Shown here piece after piece: positions 11,887-25,885 of a DNA stretch of 64,000 nt (position 1 is its first letter; every line of letters starts with the position of its first letter). Origin of the DNA: Nemertoderma westbladi (lineage: Eukaryota > Animalia > Xenacoelomorpha); contig JAUCBJ010000174.1 in assembly GCA_032718475.1 (NCBI GenBank), forward strand, positions 1 through 64,000, in the 5' to 3' direction. The notes under the pieces were generated by a model. That model did not search any database. It saw only the letters and a list, made by a program, of their open reading frames with translations, and was not told the origin of the DNA. Both the position numbers and the translations under genes were made by a program.

Positions 11887-12465
11887 GATAATTTGTAGGC
11901 TGGACTGTTGTCTGACTGTTGTTAAGTCTGAAGGAGACTGTAGTGTGTGTAGAGCGTATGTCCGAAAAAGTACTAGTTAGGAAAGTAGGGGCTTCCAGTG
12001 CTGTGAGGTAAACCCCCTCGAAAGAATAAGTCGTACTACTCGGTTAGAACGCATACTAACTAACCATTTCGGAGTCTGCATATACTGTAGTTTGTTTAGG
12101 CTTGATAGTAGTCTGCCAGCGTTTGGTCTGTATTTTGTTTGTGTAGTTTGTACTGGGTAGCGTAATATTTCTTATTTAGATAATTTGTAGGCTGGATTTT
12201 GTCTGGCTGTTGTTAGGTCTGAAGAGATTTCGGTGTGTGTAGAGTGTATGTCCGATAAAGTGCCAGTTGGGAACGTAGGGGCTTCCAGTGCTGTGAGGTA
12301 AACCCCCTCGAAAGAATAAGTCGTCCTACTCGGTTAGAACGCATACTAACTAACCATTTCGGAGTCTGCATATACCGTAGTTTGTTTGGGCTTGATAGTA
12401 GTCTGTCAGTATTTGGTCTGCATTTTGTTTGAGTAGTCTGTACGCGTAGCGTAATATTTATTATT
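11887..12465 (+). repeat. Two tandem copies (about 290 bp) of a self-complementary unit in the retrotransposon leader
   Basis: agataatttgtaggctgg recurs at about 11887 and 12178 with a near-identical central core. Confidence 0.85.
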
Positions 12466-13800
12466 CAGAGTTTATGCGATTATTCGCAACATTCATATCC
12501 CCAAGTTAATTCCTACAGTAATTGTGCTTGTTATACATACCGTTATAGTTAAATTAACCCCGGTACTACATCAGGGCTGTTTGGCGTAGGTAAAGACTGG
12601 TGATTTTGTGCCCCGGTCACTCCAGCAGATACCGTGGTTCTTTTAGCTGTTCAAGTATTTCTAACTACTGATTATTTGTTGTATAAGTACTTGTACCTAA
12701 TTTAGGGTTTAGTGTACAGTGCTTTCCGAAGGCAATTAGTGTGTAGGCAGTATATTTGTGTTGTAAAGTGGTTAATAGGCACGTTGGTTCTGGTAGACCG
12801 CGGTAATTAACTTCTAGGTAGGAACACTCCGTGATACATAACGTAGTACTTATAGCGATACGGCTATAAGTCGTCAGACGGTGGTATTTTTCCTATCTGG
12901 ACAACGCAGTATATTTACTACTACTTATTATTTTCAAATACCGTAGTACCCTGTCCGTTGTAATAACCAGATATTCTAACCCTTTGTTAGGCTGGTTTGT
13001 AGACTTCTTGTAAAATTACCCTAAAAATTTGTACGTGTAATTTTTGTATTTATTTAGAGATTGTAATCTCACCCCGAATTGTATGTAATTTGTAGTATTA
13101 AGTAACTTAGGTAAATTAGAATTATTTGTTTTAGTGTCCAACAAGTAGCACTTCACTGAGAGCGTACAGCTTCTGTGTAGTGACTCTTTCCCAGAAATAA
13201 TAACATTTATTTCAAATATTGACAAAACCCATTAAAACGGGTATATATATTATAAATCAACTCAAACCGATTTATAAAATAGTAGGCCTGACATACAACA
13301 ATTAGGTCTCAATATCAGTTGGACTACTGCTTAAATAACGGTAATAAAGTAAGTTAAAGTAACCAAGTAACCCCTAAAATTCAGAAATTCAATTATTCTA
13401 AAATAATTGACATACCGGTATTTACAATAGGCTTATTATATTTATTTCTATAAATTTAGGCTGAAATTATACCGGTATTCTGTAATTAATTCTAGTCAAT
13501 AATTATACTTATATATACTATAAGTGTAAGCTGTATACCGGTATTCACGATAGGCCTATTATATATATTTATATATTTGTGCTAAAATTATATACCGGTA
13601 TTCTGTGACAAACCTAGTCTGTAATAATACTTATATATATATACTATAAGCATACCGGTATTCTAATATATTATATATATATATCACGCTACACTGAGTA
13701 GCAGTATCAGTAATTAATTACTAGGTTAACAGTTGATACTGAATTACTAGACTTGCTTTAACTGTAATATAGCAGTAGGCATTCAACTGTACAAACAAAC

Positions 13801-16800
13801 ATGTCTGACACAAAGCAAAACCTGTCAGACAGCCTCCTAGATACAACCATCTGTGACCCAGACAGGAGTGTGGAACGTGTGAGACCGAAGTTCAACTCAC
13901 CTCCTACTGTAAGAAATATCATCCCTCCAGTAGTAATATCAGACCCTAGGCTAGTCCAATATCGTAGGTCTATCATAGGCACTCGAGCTCAGGTCAAGCG
14001 AGACCAATAAGCAGCGGAACAGCAGCAACACTCGAGCCGAGAACTTATTTCTCAGCGGCCCGACAGCTCCAGTAGTGAGGATACTGTAGAGCTGACACCC
14101 GAGCACGGAGCAAAGATGACAGATGCGGTTTATTCGGATCCCCTTCTCATCCTTCCTGCAGCCGTACTCACTAGGGTATTGATTGCAGTGGAGGAACACC
14201 AGATTGATTGGGCGAGAAGTAAGCGATCGACCAAGGATAGTTATGCGGGATATACACGGGAAGAACTGAAGTCTATTGTCGAGTCGCAATGGAACTTCCC
14301 CGGACCCGGACTACCGTTTGACTTATAGGAAGCTGCCTGGGAAGACATACACAGGATGGGAGTAATGAAAGAAACCATTGATCCAGCTGTGTGGAAGAGG
14401 TCAGCAGCAGGATACGTACAGGGATTCTTCAGCTCAATGGAGCGATTAGAAGAACAATTGTTTAGACAACCACAAGGACCTCAAGAGCAGGGAGAGCTGC
14501 TTTATCAAGTTAGAGAAAGAGTTCTAAGAATCCGACTAATCTTATCTGCCTTTGAGGAGGCTTCGAAAAGAAGACAAGACACGTCGTTGCAAGTTGCCGT
14601 AAAGACTTGGTTACAGCGGGTGAGTCTCCAAGTTCAAAGAACTGCCCCGTGGAAATCCCAGTTGGATGAGCGCTCAACCCTTGGAGAATCAACAGACGCT
14701 ACCTTTTCCCAAGTGGAAAGTGAAGCGACAGCAGAGAAACCGCATAAGAGGGATGCTATTGACATCTATCTGTCAGACTATCAACGCTTTGTAGGTGATG
14801 AAGAGTTGAGAAGAAGGCTGGAGGGACTAAGCCCTAATAGTGAAGGAGCCAAGCTTGTGTTGGACGCAATCGATGTGGATATGTTAGCTGCGAACCAAGC
14901 TAAATTCAATGAAAGTATCCGCATCACTAAGGTTCAAGAGGATCAAGTAAGGAAAAAACGTATCGAAGACAGAAAGATAGCGGCAGCAGCAGAGGCAGAA
15001 GCAGAAAGAAAAGCGGCAGAAGTGGATAGAAAAGCGGCAGAGGCAGCGGCAGAGGCAAAAGCGGCAGCGGCAGAGGCAAAAGCGGCAGCTGCAGCAGTAG
15101 AAGCGGAAAGAAAAGTGGCAGCGGCAGAAGCAAAAGCGGCAGCGGCAGAATCAGAAAGAAAAGCGGCAGCGGCAGCAGTAGAAGCGGAAAGAAAGCGAGC
15201 AGTGGCAGAAGCAGAACGAAGAGCATCTGAAGAGACAACCCAACTAGAGTTGGAAAATCTTCAAGAGAGGCAGGACAACTTCAATAAACAGTTAACAGCT
15301 AGTCAAAGGCAGATGATGAGTCGATCTACTCCCAAACGACAGGGATTTACATCATCTGATGAAGGCGATACCACAGACCTTGAAGGCGGAGGAAATAGAT
15401 CTCGTCTAAGTAGGCGTAGAAGAATGTCCCACCGTCAGAAATTGCCTGATTTGCCCCCAGCTGTTAGAAAGCAACTAACTAACCCAGACTTAGGTAGTAC
15501 AGAACACACAGACCAAATAATTAAAATAGAAAGACTCCCTACTATAGTAGATGAGCCTGAAATAATTAGGCCTGTTCTCGAAGCCACCCCTTCGATGATA
15601 GAGACACCTGTACTCCCTGAACCTACCTCTAAATTCCCTCTGCACAGCACTAAGCTACCTGTGCCCCACAGAACCACCCTTGAAAATGTTCATGTCCTGG
15701 ACTCCGAGCGAAATATTAATGATTTGTCGCCCGTTGTCCCTCGTCCGCCCGCTACAATGTTGGCGCCTCCCGCTTCGGCGGTCGAGTGGGTAGATGAGGG
15801 ACGACGGGAGATGGGTCTCCTGCTCGGGCAGCTGAGGGAACACCGTTCCCACTCCTCTCAGCAAGTCCAGGAGATGGAGGGGACTGTGCAGCAGTTAAAG
15901 GGAACAATTAGAGAGAGTAGGTTAGAGTTGCAAGAAGTGCAGCAAAGTATCGCGTTAGAACGCGATAAATTAGTAAATACACAAAAGGGCATACCACCAC
16001 CCCCTGTAACAATGTGTCAACCTGTTAGGTCTGAAGTATTTCATGCGCAAGGTGTGGAGCCTACACGCATCTATACTGCTAGCGAAGTGGAAACTCCTAT
16101 AGTAAACCCTATTAAGGGTAATTATAAACCTGTTGACAATGATATCCCATATAGACTTGATAATAATCCGAGAAATTTATATACCGATAACTCGATATTA
16201 AATAACATGATGGCCCAAGAAAGTTTTACGCATCAAATGGCTAGAACCGAAGCCCGTCAAGCGGTAAAGGTGGGAGAGATCGTCAAGTTCAATGGAGATG
16301 AGATGAAATGGTTACCTTTTAATGAATATTATAAAGATAACATACAGAACTCTGTGCTATCTAACGGAGAGAAACTTAGATTCCTCATCGAGTGCTTGGA
16401 AGGATCTCCCAAGTTAATGGCGTTAAAGTTTATTGGACATCCAGATGGATTAAGACAAGTTTGGGATACCCTAAACATCAGGTATGGTAATAGGAATAAC
16501 ATAGCTAGGTATTTATATGCGAAATTAATGGCGCCCCGAAAGTTTCTTAGCAGCGGGATTATAGAGTTTTCCGACGAGATTCAAGAGATCTGTAGACAAC
16601 TAGATTGGTTAGGTAAGTCTCATGAATACCAGAATTCTATGGTTGTAGGAGCCTTAGCATCTACTTTGCCCAAGGGTGGAGTAGGTACACGCTGGGACAA
16701 GAAAGTGTTATATATGATGGAACAACAACGAAGAGACCCTACCATGGCTGATCTCATGTCATTCTTAGATGGAGAGGTAAAATTACAGCTCCTAAAGCAG

Positions 16801-18858
16801 TCCAGAGAGAAGACACCGGAAAATAAGGTAAGTGAGAAACCCGTTTCTAGGAGAAAGGTAATACCAGTGTGTTATACAGACGACGGCGAAAGCCAGGCTT
16901 CTCAAGAGGAAGACAGCGGGAAAGACACTGAAAGATCTTACTATGACAACAAAGCGCCTAAGGACGTAAGTAAATTCAAGTCTCGAACCAATGACAGGAG
17001 AGAACAGGTAAGAAAAACTCCTCCTACGTCTCCTAAGAGAATTCATGTAAGAAAGCCCGAGGAAAGAACGAGTGTGCACAATGTTACCCAAAGTAAGGTA
17101 AGTAACATCAAACCAAAATGTGTGCTGTGCGACGGGCCCCACCGTTTGAATGTGTGTGATAAATTCCTAAAGAAATCATTAAAGGATAGACGAGAAGTCA
17201 TGTGGGATAAGCGGTTGTGTTATAATTGCCTCAGACGAGGACACCAACGGCGAACCTGTTACTCCGACGCAAGGTGTGCAAAGTGCGGCGCAAAACATCA
17301 TATCTTGTTGCACACTGAATTCGAACGAAACAGCCCGAGTCAGGTAAGTGAGTCCGAACTACATGTCCAATTCAGTGATGTGAACGACACTGACCAAAGT
17401 TCTGAGATGGAAGGATTCTATACGGACGAATTCTCCGACGAAAACGAATCCTGTTACCTGATAAATACCGCAGTGTATCGAGCACTTACGTATGAAAAGG
17501 ACACCGACAGCGAGCTCCCCCTAACTACTTCTGACCGACAACCATCTTGGAAAGCACCAACTTCCAATGTAGGAATCCGAGAATTTCCTGTAGTGCAGTT
17601 AAGGGTCCACGGACCTACAAGGAGTTATATAGTGAATGCCCTCCTTGACTCCGGTAGCACAGGAACATTCATCGACAAAGAACTAGCCGAAGACATCTTT
17701 GCTGGACAACCCAAGTTCCGAACTAAGTTAAACATGTCAGGAATTATGCAGGTTTGGAAATCTACAGTAATAGCGGATTATTATGTAGGTGCGTTGTCCA
17801 CCCCCCAGGATGAACTAGGAGAACACAGCATAAGGTCAGTAAAAATGGTGGCGATAAAGAACTTCGCTACCAGCCAAGTAGAACCTTATAACTGGGATGA
17901 GGACGATTCCACCCAGCAGCTTAATATACCTAGATTCAACACAGATTACCCTGGAGTGCAAATACTCATCGGCCAAAATGCGCATGAGGCGCTTGAGACA
18001 TTGGAGAAACGGCCTGCTCAACCGCAACCACTACAAGCCTATGCGGGAAGAACTAGAGTAGGTTGGTACTTTACTGGCCCTTCCCGTAGAACTCTTATGG
18101 AAAGATTACCAAAAGAACAGGTATATCAATTAAGTGAATGGGAAGTGGAGAGCAGTGAAGTTGACGACCCAACTGAGGGAACACCATACTCCTCAGATAA
18201 TGACGATATTAACTCTAATGTAGATCAATGGAGATATTGCCCCGAGACGATTAATCTAGCCGACATCGCTTCCAGAGGAGCAACTCCTCAAGAACTGACA
18301 GATACTCCAGACTGGTTAGGTGGACCCGACTTCCTAAGTAAAGAAGATGAATGGCCTCCCCATCTTACCACGGCTGAGATTAGACAAGCCAAGGGAGCGG
18401 AGAAAGTCAAACCTAAAACCCGGACGAGTAAATCAAGGTTATTTAAACCCGTGATAGATCTGTCTGTATTACACATTGCCAGGGACGACGCTGTGGATCT
18501 AAACTCCCCCACCGCGAACCGATCTGTTGTGGAGATCAGAGAGAGAGACTGGAGATCTGGAACACCAGACGTCTCGCCGGGACTCTCACCTCTCCTGCCG
18601 GGAGCGATGGACCACTATAGATCCTGGAATCGGCTTTGTAAGGCCGTCGTGTATTTGAAGCGATGTTTCTATCGTCACTATTCCAGGACGAAGAGGAAAC
18701 CTGGAATTGTCTTCGAGACACAGCAGCTCAATCGCCCAGTTGGTCGTTTATGTTTACTGGAAAGAGACCGAGAACTGTCCGGAAACTATGGAAGGCAAGA
18801 TACTCTTCCCACGACCACCTCCCTAATCCAACAAACATCTAGGGACTCCCCAACGTAA
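13801..18858 (+). pseudogene. BEL/Pao gag-protease polyprotein lacking RT and integrase core; two in-frame stops near the N-terminus
   Basis: ORFs at 13801, 14116 and 14356 share one frame (stops at 14008 and 14326); DUF1759-like KFNGDEMKWLPF..EKLRFL; triple knuckle CVLC..H..C/CYNC..GH..C/CAKC..HH; protease ALLDSGS; RNase H tail WRYCP..NLADIASRG..WLGGPDFL; integrase C-terminal RPVGRLCLLE. Confidence 0.9.
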
Positions 18859-20304
18859 CATCGTCTGGAGTGGGTGTGTGACTATATTATTTTATATTTG
18901 TTTTTATTATTTTATATTTATGTATGTATTATTATGTAATTTTATTATAATCGTTTTCTTTAATTTTATTTAGTAGAATGTTATTTTAGCGATTATTTAG
19001 TAGATTAGTGCAATGTATATTAGTGTTTATTATTTAATTACTTATATATTATATATTTAGTGCGACGGCGAGAAATAATTCTTTTTCTCTTTCCTTACTG
19101 TCCGTATTACATTACAAATACGTAACTACAGCTGCAGCAGCCCACTAAATTTAGTGGGCCTACTTGATTCTCTTTATAAATAATGGTTGTTTCTTAATTA
19201 CTTCCTACAAGAAGCTTCTAATAACTTAGTTAAATAAAGAAATTAATTAAAGAGAAATCAGGAGTTCTCTACGCTGTCGCTTGTCTGTCCTTTATTATGT
19301 TTTATGCCTACAACTGTACTATCACTCACTGTTAGTCAGTTCAGCAGTTAGTTCAGTAGTTACCGGTATCTGATAGCCTCGGTCCTGTAGTCTATTATGT
19401 ATTACTGTATTATTTCTGTGTAGTGTTATTATTGCATAATTTGCAATAATATGCTGTATTGGCCATACAGGCATACAGCAATAATACTGTAATAGAGATG
19501 CTGCACTCGACCTGTCGACGCAGCCAGTGGCCGGCGTCAAAATATTTTTATTACTGTATTAGGGCCTATCTGCCTATTGTATTATTACTGTATTATCGGT
19601 AGGCCTAATTATTAATACTTTTTTTACACCTGGCAGCCTGGCTGAGCATTTCACAGAGCCGGCGCAGGATTTTGTGCACCGGGCCACCCCCACCTGGCGT
19701 GGCTTCGCACTGATCCGGCGCAAGATTTTTTGCACCAGGCGCCGCGTTTGGCGCAGGAAATAAAACTTTTCAACAGGGCCCTTACCGCCGTACCTACCTG
19801 CCTAGCCTACTATATCTACAGACCAGTTTGGCATCAGTTGGGCGACATATACACTCCGTCCACCGTCAGTCCGTCCGTTTTTGCCTCTTTGTTATAGGCT
19901 AGGCTTCTATTAGGCCTACCTGATTACACTACCAGTAGGCTAAATTTATATTGCTGTATTAGATAGATAGATTTATTTATACATTATGTAAAAACAATAA
20001 CAAATACACCAAACAATGTACCGGTATAAAGGTATTGTCCAACATAACATATAGGATTACCCCTAAAGCTTTGCAGCTTATTTCCAAGGGGGTCCTTTAT
20101 GTTACTTGGTTACAAATACAATATTACACTACGCTAACCTAAAACCAATATAAAATGTGATTACACTATGTACATGTACAACTTTACCGAGAGCGTGACA
20201 ATGCCCGACTCTACGAAGATGTAATGTACAGAACAATTTATTATAAAACGTATTTACAGCATAAATAGTAAATAATTAATAAGCTATGTTTAACTAAATA
20301 TATA

Positions 20305-22877
20305 ATGGTTGGAAAGTGTTGCGTAGTTGGGTGTAGGTCGGGATATTCGTCAGAAGCTTCGCCAGGAACTGGAACTCCCTCAATGTTTAGTTTCCCGAAA
20401 CGTGCCAGTGGTGCCGGTGGATCCAGCTTATGTCGAATAGAGCCAGTACAACGACATCGTCTGCCACAGTGACATCGCCATGGGCCCCATCTGATCACTC
20501 CAAGGTGTGTATTTTACATTTTGAGGATCAATGGATCAACAGGAATGCCCAACGTTTAATGCTAAAATCCGGTGCGTTTCCTTCGATATACCCGGCCTGT
20601 ATCCCTGTATCCTCTATAAAACAAGTAACTCCGTCACGCAAAAAACCCTTGAAACGAGTGTATCAGCGGGATGAGATGGAAGAGGTCAGTAAGAGAACTC
20701 GAGTTTTGTCTCTTACTGATATCCGGTTGTATTTAGAGGCGTCGATTGAGTTTGAGGAGTACGAGGTAAAAGTCAATGAGAATTCCGTGTCGATCTTTAG
20801 GTTGATCTTTAGTTTAGGCATTCCTTCAGTACACGAATGTCTCACTATTGATGACGACCTTCATGTTCACCTTTCCTATGAGGGTGTCCCTCTTCCACTA
20901 CCATCATGGTTGCGAGCCACTCATAACTGTATAATAACATCAACAACTGTTATTTCCGAATTACTCAATTACTGCCGGACTAATAAGGATGAATCTGACT
21001 CAGTTATTCGGAGTCTGTTGGCCTTAAAGTTGTCCAAACCTAAAGGTCGCCCAAAGTACACGGCTGAGCAGATCAGATTTGCATTGCTACTCCGGTACAC
21101 CACGGTTAATGCGTATAAGATACTCGCAACTCAAGTCCCTCTTCCTTCACTGAGACTTCTCCGAAGTATTACATCTGGAAACGTAGACTCGATGGCTGCA
21201 TTAACTGCTCTCAGAACCTCGGGAAAGATCTCTAACGATGTTTTGTTGATCGTGGATGAGATTATATTGCAACAGCAGGAAATGTATAGCAACGGACATT
21301 TATACGGGAAAGATTCTGATTCGGACAAACTTTACACTGGACTTATGTGTTATATGGTGTCGTCAATGAAACAGTCGATCCCAGTTATTATTCACGCTGT
21401 TCCGGTGGTTACTGCCAATAAAGAGGTTATTAAGACGGGGATTGAGACATGTAGAAAGTTAATATCACAAACTAAATTTAACTTGCTTGCGGTTATTGGT
21501 GATAATGCGCCTGTTAACGTTGCTGCTTATAGCAAACTGTCAGAATCTATGGACATAAATGCGCCTCACTTAATGTATGACCCGGTTCATATTCTTAAGA
21601 ATATTCGAAACAACCTTGCTTCAATGGGATGGTTTAAGATCAATAAGTCATTTAAATACTCTTTTAATAGCACGGTATATACTGTTCCTCCCGGTGTTAT
21701 TAAATGGCAACATTTATACAAGGTCGAGGAACGGGACAGTTGCACTTCCTCACATCTACGATTGGCTCCCAAGTTGACTTACTCTGCAACTCATTTTGGA
21801 AATAATAAACAGAGTGTTCCTCTGGCTTTAGCAGTTTTTCATCCCTCTACTATTGCAGCCTGTGAGTTTTACTATCCCGAAGAGAAATGTACCGCTTCCT
21901 TCCTTCGTTTAGTCAGTCACTGGTGGTTGGTTGTTAATGCCAATGAGCAATTTCATCCGAATCCTATTGGAAATGCTATGGTTCTAGGCGATGGCAAACC
22001 GGAGTTCCTCCACCAACTATCCGAATGGCTACGCGACAACACTACCTCGACACACATGTTTTTGCAACAAACTCGAAATGCGTTTGCTGTTACAAACGAT
22101 GTTATAGCCGATATCGGTTCAAAACTCTTGACCTCCAGTTGCGGTTCCTACAAATATGTTCTTACTCGTCGTTTACAGAGCGATAAACTCGAGAGACGAT
22201 ATGGCTGCTATAGACAGATGAATGGTGGGCGCTTCCTGATCAGCCATAAAGAAGCTGTGCAATCGGAGAAGATTCTCCAACTACGTTCTATGTTGAAGGC
22301 CGACGTAGACATCAGTTCGATTCTTACCCCTATTGAGACGAGTCATATACTCAACTCATTTCAGAAATAGATGAAGGAAAGCTGGATGATTCGGAATTAG
22401 ATGTTGTGACAAAGGAGGCAGTTGTGTGTATTAGCGGTTACATTGCCCATAAATTGTTGAAACATTCAGTACGAATTCAAGCTTCAGTAAAGACTCAGTG
22501 CGAAAGTTGTACTAATACCTGGAACCTTGATTCCATTACCAACTGTCGTTATTTAAACTTATTGATCCGAGGCAAGCTTACAATTCCCTCAATATCTCTA
22601 AACAACCTCGTGACGGATTGCTTCAAAGTTATTATCGCTGGCGAGAAACACTTAGAAACTTTGAAACACTACAGAAATGCAGCGCTTGCTACTCCAACAC
22701 TTTTGTGTCAACTCGGAGTTTAGATTTGGCTGTGACGCTCACACGGCAGTTAACAAGAACATTGTATTTAGAACTGTTGTTAATGTGTTTGGTAACAACA
22801 AGTGTATTGATGAGTCACAGTCAGTGCGAGAGGATTCCGTTAAAATATTCAAAACACTCCAGCGAGAAAAAAAGTGA
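20305..22877 (+). pseudogene. P-element/THAP9-like transposase with three frameshifts
   Basis: THAP domain MVGKCCVVGC..FSFP..W..VCILHF..AFPSI; LIVDE, IGDN, YDPVHILKNIRNN, KQSVPLALAVF, LQSDKLERRYGCYRQMNG, ISGYIAHK; frame changes near 20400, 22360 and 22700. Confidence 0.9.
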
Positions 22878-22904
22878 ATGTTTAAATCTCGGACAGACGT
22901 GACT

Positions 22905-25885
22905 TTGAGATATTTCTCTACAGAGGGGTCACTATAGTAGTGAGTCCGCGCCCAGAGAGACTCGATTCTACAGAGATATTTCTCTACAGGGGGGTCACAT
23001 GTTGAGTCCGAGCCCAGAGAGACTCTTTAAAACTGAGATAATTATCTACAGGGGGGTCACACGTTGAGTCCGAGCCCAGAGAGACTCTTTAACCCAGCAA
23101 AACCCAGACATCTAAAAACTCGAGGTAATTTATTCATATTTTCAGAACTAAGTCCAAATGGTCTAACTTAAACATAGTTTCAACACCAGTATCAAAACTT
23201 TAACCAATCTCGATTTATTAGGTAGGGTACAAATGTAGTACTTGGGCGCTATGGAGGTATTTATATATTCATAAAAATAACACCAATTTGTTTATAAAGG
23301 ATAATATAAAGGATGTTATTAACTACTTTGGTGGGTGTAGAATTGAGTATACACAAAAGCAAATGTTTAAAAAAGTTTTTAATCTAAAATTGAGTTAAAA
23401 ATTTCAAGATAATGTAGTATTTGTAGTGTCCACCCCCCCCCCCCCCCCCCCCCGGGTCCATTACTTCAAATAGCAATTGTAAGGATAGTAAGGATCCAGG
23501 GGGAAGCCGGGAACTCTCGGTGTCGGCCTGGCTGGGGACGCTAAACAGGGGCAGTTTCTCAAGGAGTGGCGATTGGACAATTGGAAGCGGCAGTTATCGA
23601 TGTGAAGCCGAGCGCTGAAGTCGAAAAGAACTCCGGCGAGTTCACGCTGCTGAGAGAGCGCGGAATGGACAGGTAGGTGAGAGAAAATAGAGTCCCGATG
23701 GAGGACGGCAACAGGTTCACAGGAGCCAAGGTCACCTAACTGGAAGGGGGTAGGAATAACGGGTTTCCAGTTGTCAATGCGACTGCGAGCGGGGCAGCCG
23801 GGGGAACCCACGGGGGGCCAACTGATACCATGGAGGGGGCAGCTGGGGCCGCAGGGAGGCTGGCTTGTGTAGGCTCAGGAACATCGGGATTCACTCCAAT
23901 GTTGGACGTGCTGTCCTCGTTCTCCTGATCGGGAGTAGAGCGAGAAGCGAGACTGGAACGCTCCACTCTCAGTTCAAGTTCTTTGATAGTTTCATAGCGT
24001 CATTTTACGGCACTCAGACGGGAGTTTTAGGTTTTGGGCAGCTTGGTCAGCAGCCTGCCGAGCGGCAAATGTGGCCAGTTCGCCTTCACGATCGTGTGAT
24101 GATTGAGTTTTGTCAAAATGTTCGAGTTCGAGGTTGGCTTCGAGTTCTTGACGGGCCAATCGGGCAGCCATTCGAGAACTCGCACCCGAGACAATGGACT
24201 GTGTACCGGAACGGGTGTATAGGTAGGTTTGCGCAGCAGTGCTGCAGCGGCATGCATTAGCTGCATTGCACACTGAGGAGATCCACGTCGCCATGTTCTC
24301 GGAGTGGCTGACTGACCGACTGTTTGGAGAGTTTTCATGTGTATCGATGGCGGCGCACTCCAGAATGACGTCGGTTAGGTCTTCTAGTAGCAGCTTTAGC
24401 GTAGGTACTGCAGCTGCCCTGTCCTTCAATGTGGTTGCTTACTTATGGTTTGAGTCGTGTTACGCGGGATTTTGCTGTCGTCCGGTTTTGTTTGAGAAAG
24501 TCTGTACTGGTATCGGTTACTTCTGGTTCTGCTGATACTAGCAGCACTGCCGCTGAGACTGTCTGACTGTAGGCTTCAAGTTCAACTTGATCGAGTTGCG
24601 GGCTGGCAGGGGCTCTTCTTCCACAACGTCAACTGCTGAACTGGGGGGTGGGTTGATGTTTGGTTTGCATTTCGTTGACATCCACCAGTCAGCCAGTGAC
24701 CTGTGAAAGCCGTCGAAAGGAATGTAGCGATCAGCGACAGAGTCGGCATCGGAATCCATAGTCCTAGCTGAACTGCAAGTTTATTAGTAGGTGTTGGGTG
24801 AAGTGGAGTAGATTCCAGGCCAATCTGCCAATGCACCATGTGGTGAGCGTCACAATCACAGCAACAATCTTAAGTGGGCATGTGCATGTGCGCTGTAGTG
24901 TTTAGACTTGGGTGAAGGGAGTACAGTTGTAGCGCAGAGTACAGGGCAATGGTTCAGTGGTATTTAAAATAGAGTTCAGACTGTTCTGCTGTTAGAAGCA
25001 GCAATTATATTTTATTTACAAAAATTCCTGCGTTCAAAAGTTTTGAACTGCATTCAGAAATTTCCAGACTTTGAGACAGGCACAGTCAATCATTCTAATG
25101 CCTTGGAATGCTAGCGGGCTAGTGTAGCCTATTGCTGTATTGTTACTGCTGTACAGGTACCAGTAACTCCTGCATTAGGAAAGTGGTACAGTCTGACAGT
25201 GGAAGGTGTAGTACCTACTGCAGTACTGTCAGGCCGTACTGTAGTAATATTCTGGGTACCGGTACCTCTGGTCAGCTGGTATCACATACAGATTGTGTCT
25301 AAAAGTATCAATCACTATGTAGTGCCCAAGCACTACAAATGTAGTCTTCTGTAAATAAGTTGAATTTGCTAGACTAAAGAGGGCAGACTACATGATATTT
25401 TATTGTTTTATTAAATCTCCCATTATCTGACAATAAAAATATGCCACAATCCCTGTTGTCTATAACCATATAGTTACATAGAATGAAGTAATGCCAATCG
25501 ATGTCTGAAAAAATATATTTCCGATTTTTAGAGTCAATTTAGAAATGCAAATTTTTAAAATTTACCGTTTTTTAAGTGTCAGTCATATAGATGCACCTTT
25601 AATTAATCATATTATAGCATTATAATAGTTATAGGATATATTAGGTAACTACAGCATTGATTTGAAAACAGTCCATTATGGGGTTACAAATGTAGACGTT
25701 GGGCGCTGCTGGGTTAAACTGAGATATTTCTCTACAGGGGGGGGGGGGGGGGGGGTCACACGTTGAGTCCGAGCCCAGAGAGACTCTTTAAAACTGAGAT
25801 ATTTCTCTACAGGGGGGTCACACGTTGAGTCCGAGCCCAGAGAGACTCTTTAAACTGAGATATTTCTCTACAGGGGAGTCACACA
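22905..25885. repeat. About 61-bp minisatellite, interrupted at a TTAA by the 23093-25713 element
   Basis: tgagatatttctctacagggggtcacacgttgagtccgagcccagagagactctttaaac, about 3 copies on each side of the insertion. Confidence 0.85.
23093..25713. mobile_element. Non-autonomous TTAA-specific (piggyBac-like) element carrying a degenerate ORF
   Basis: ttaa|cccagca...tgctggg|ttaa, with TTAA duplicated relative to the intact minisatellite unit; subterminal tacaaatgtag/ttgggc repeats. Confidence 0.7.

Noticed and set aside
11995-12035. Hammerhead-like ctgtgagg...cctcgaaa in the leader repeat
   Set aside because: Core lacks CUGANGA and stems I and III are not evident
14927-15238. Leu/Pro-rich minus-strand ORF and similar short antisense ORFs
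   Set aside because: Shadows of + strand transposon coding or low-complexity sequence
19140-19167. Helitron 3' end (hairpin plus CTTG)
   Set aside because: Occurs as an exact inverted pair with 26375-26410 and the flanks rejoin, which fits TIRs
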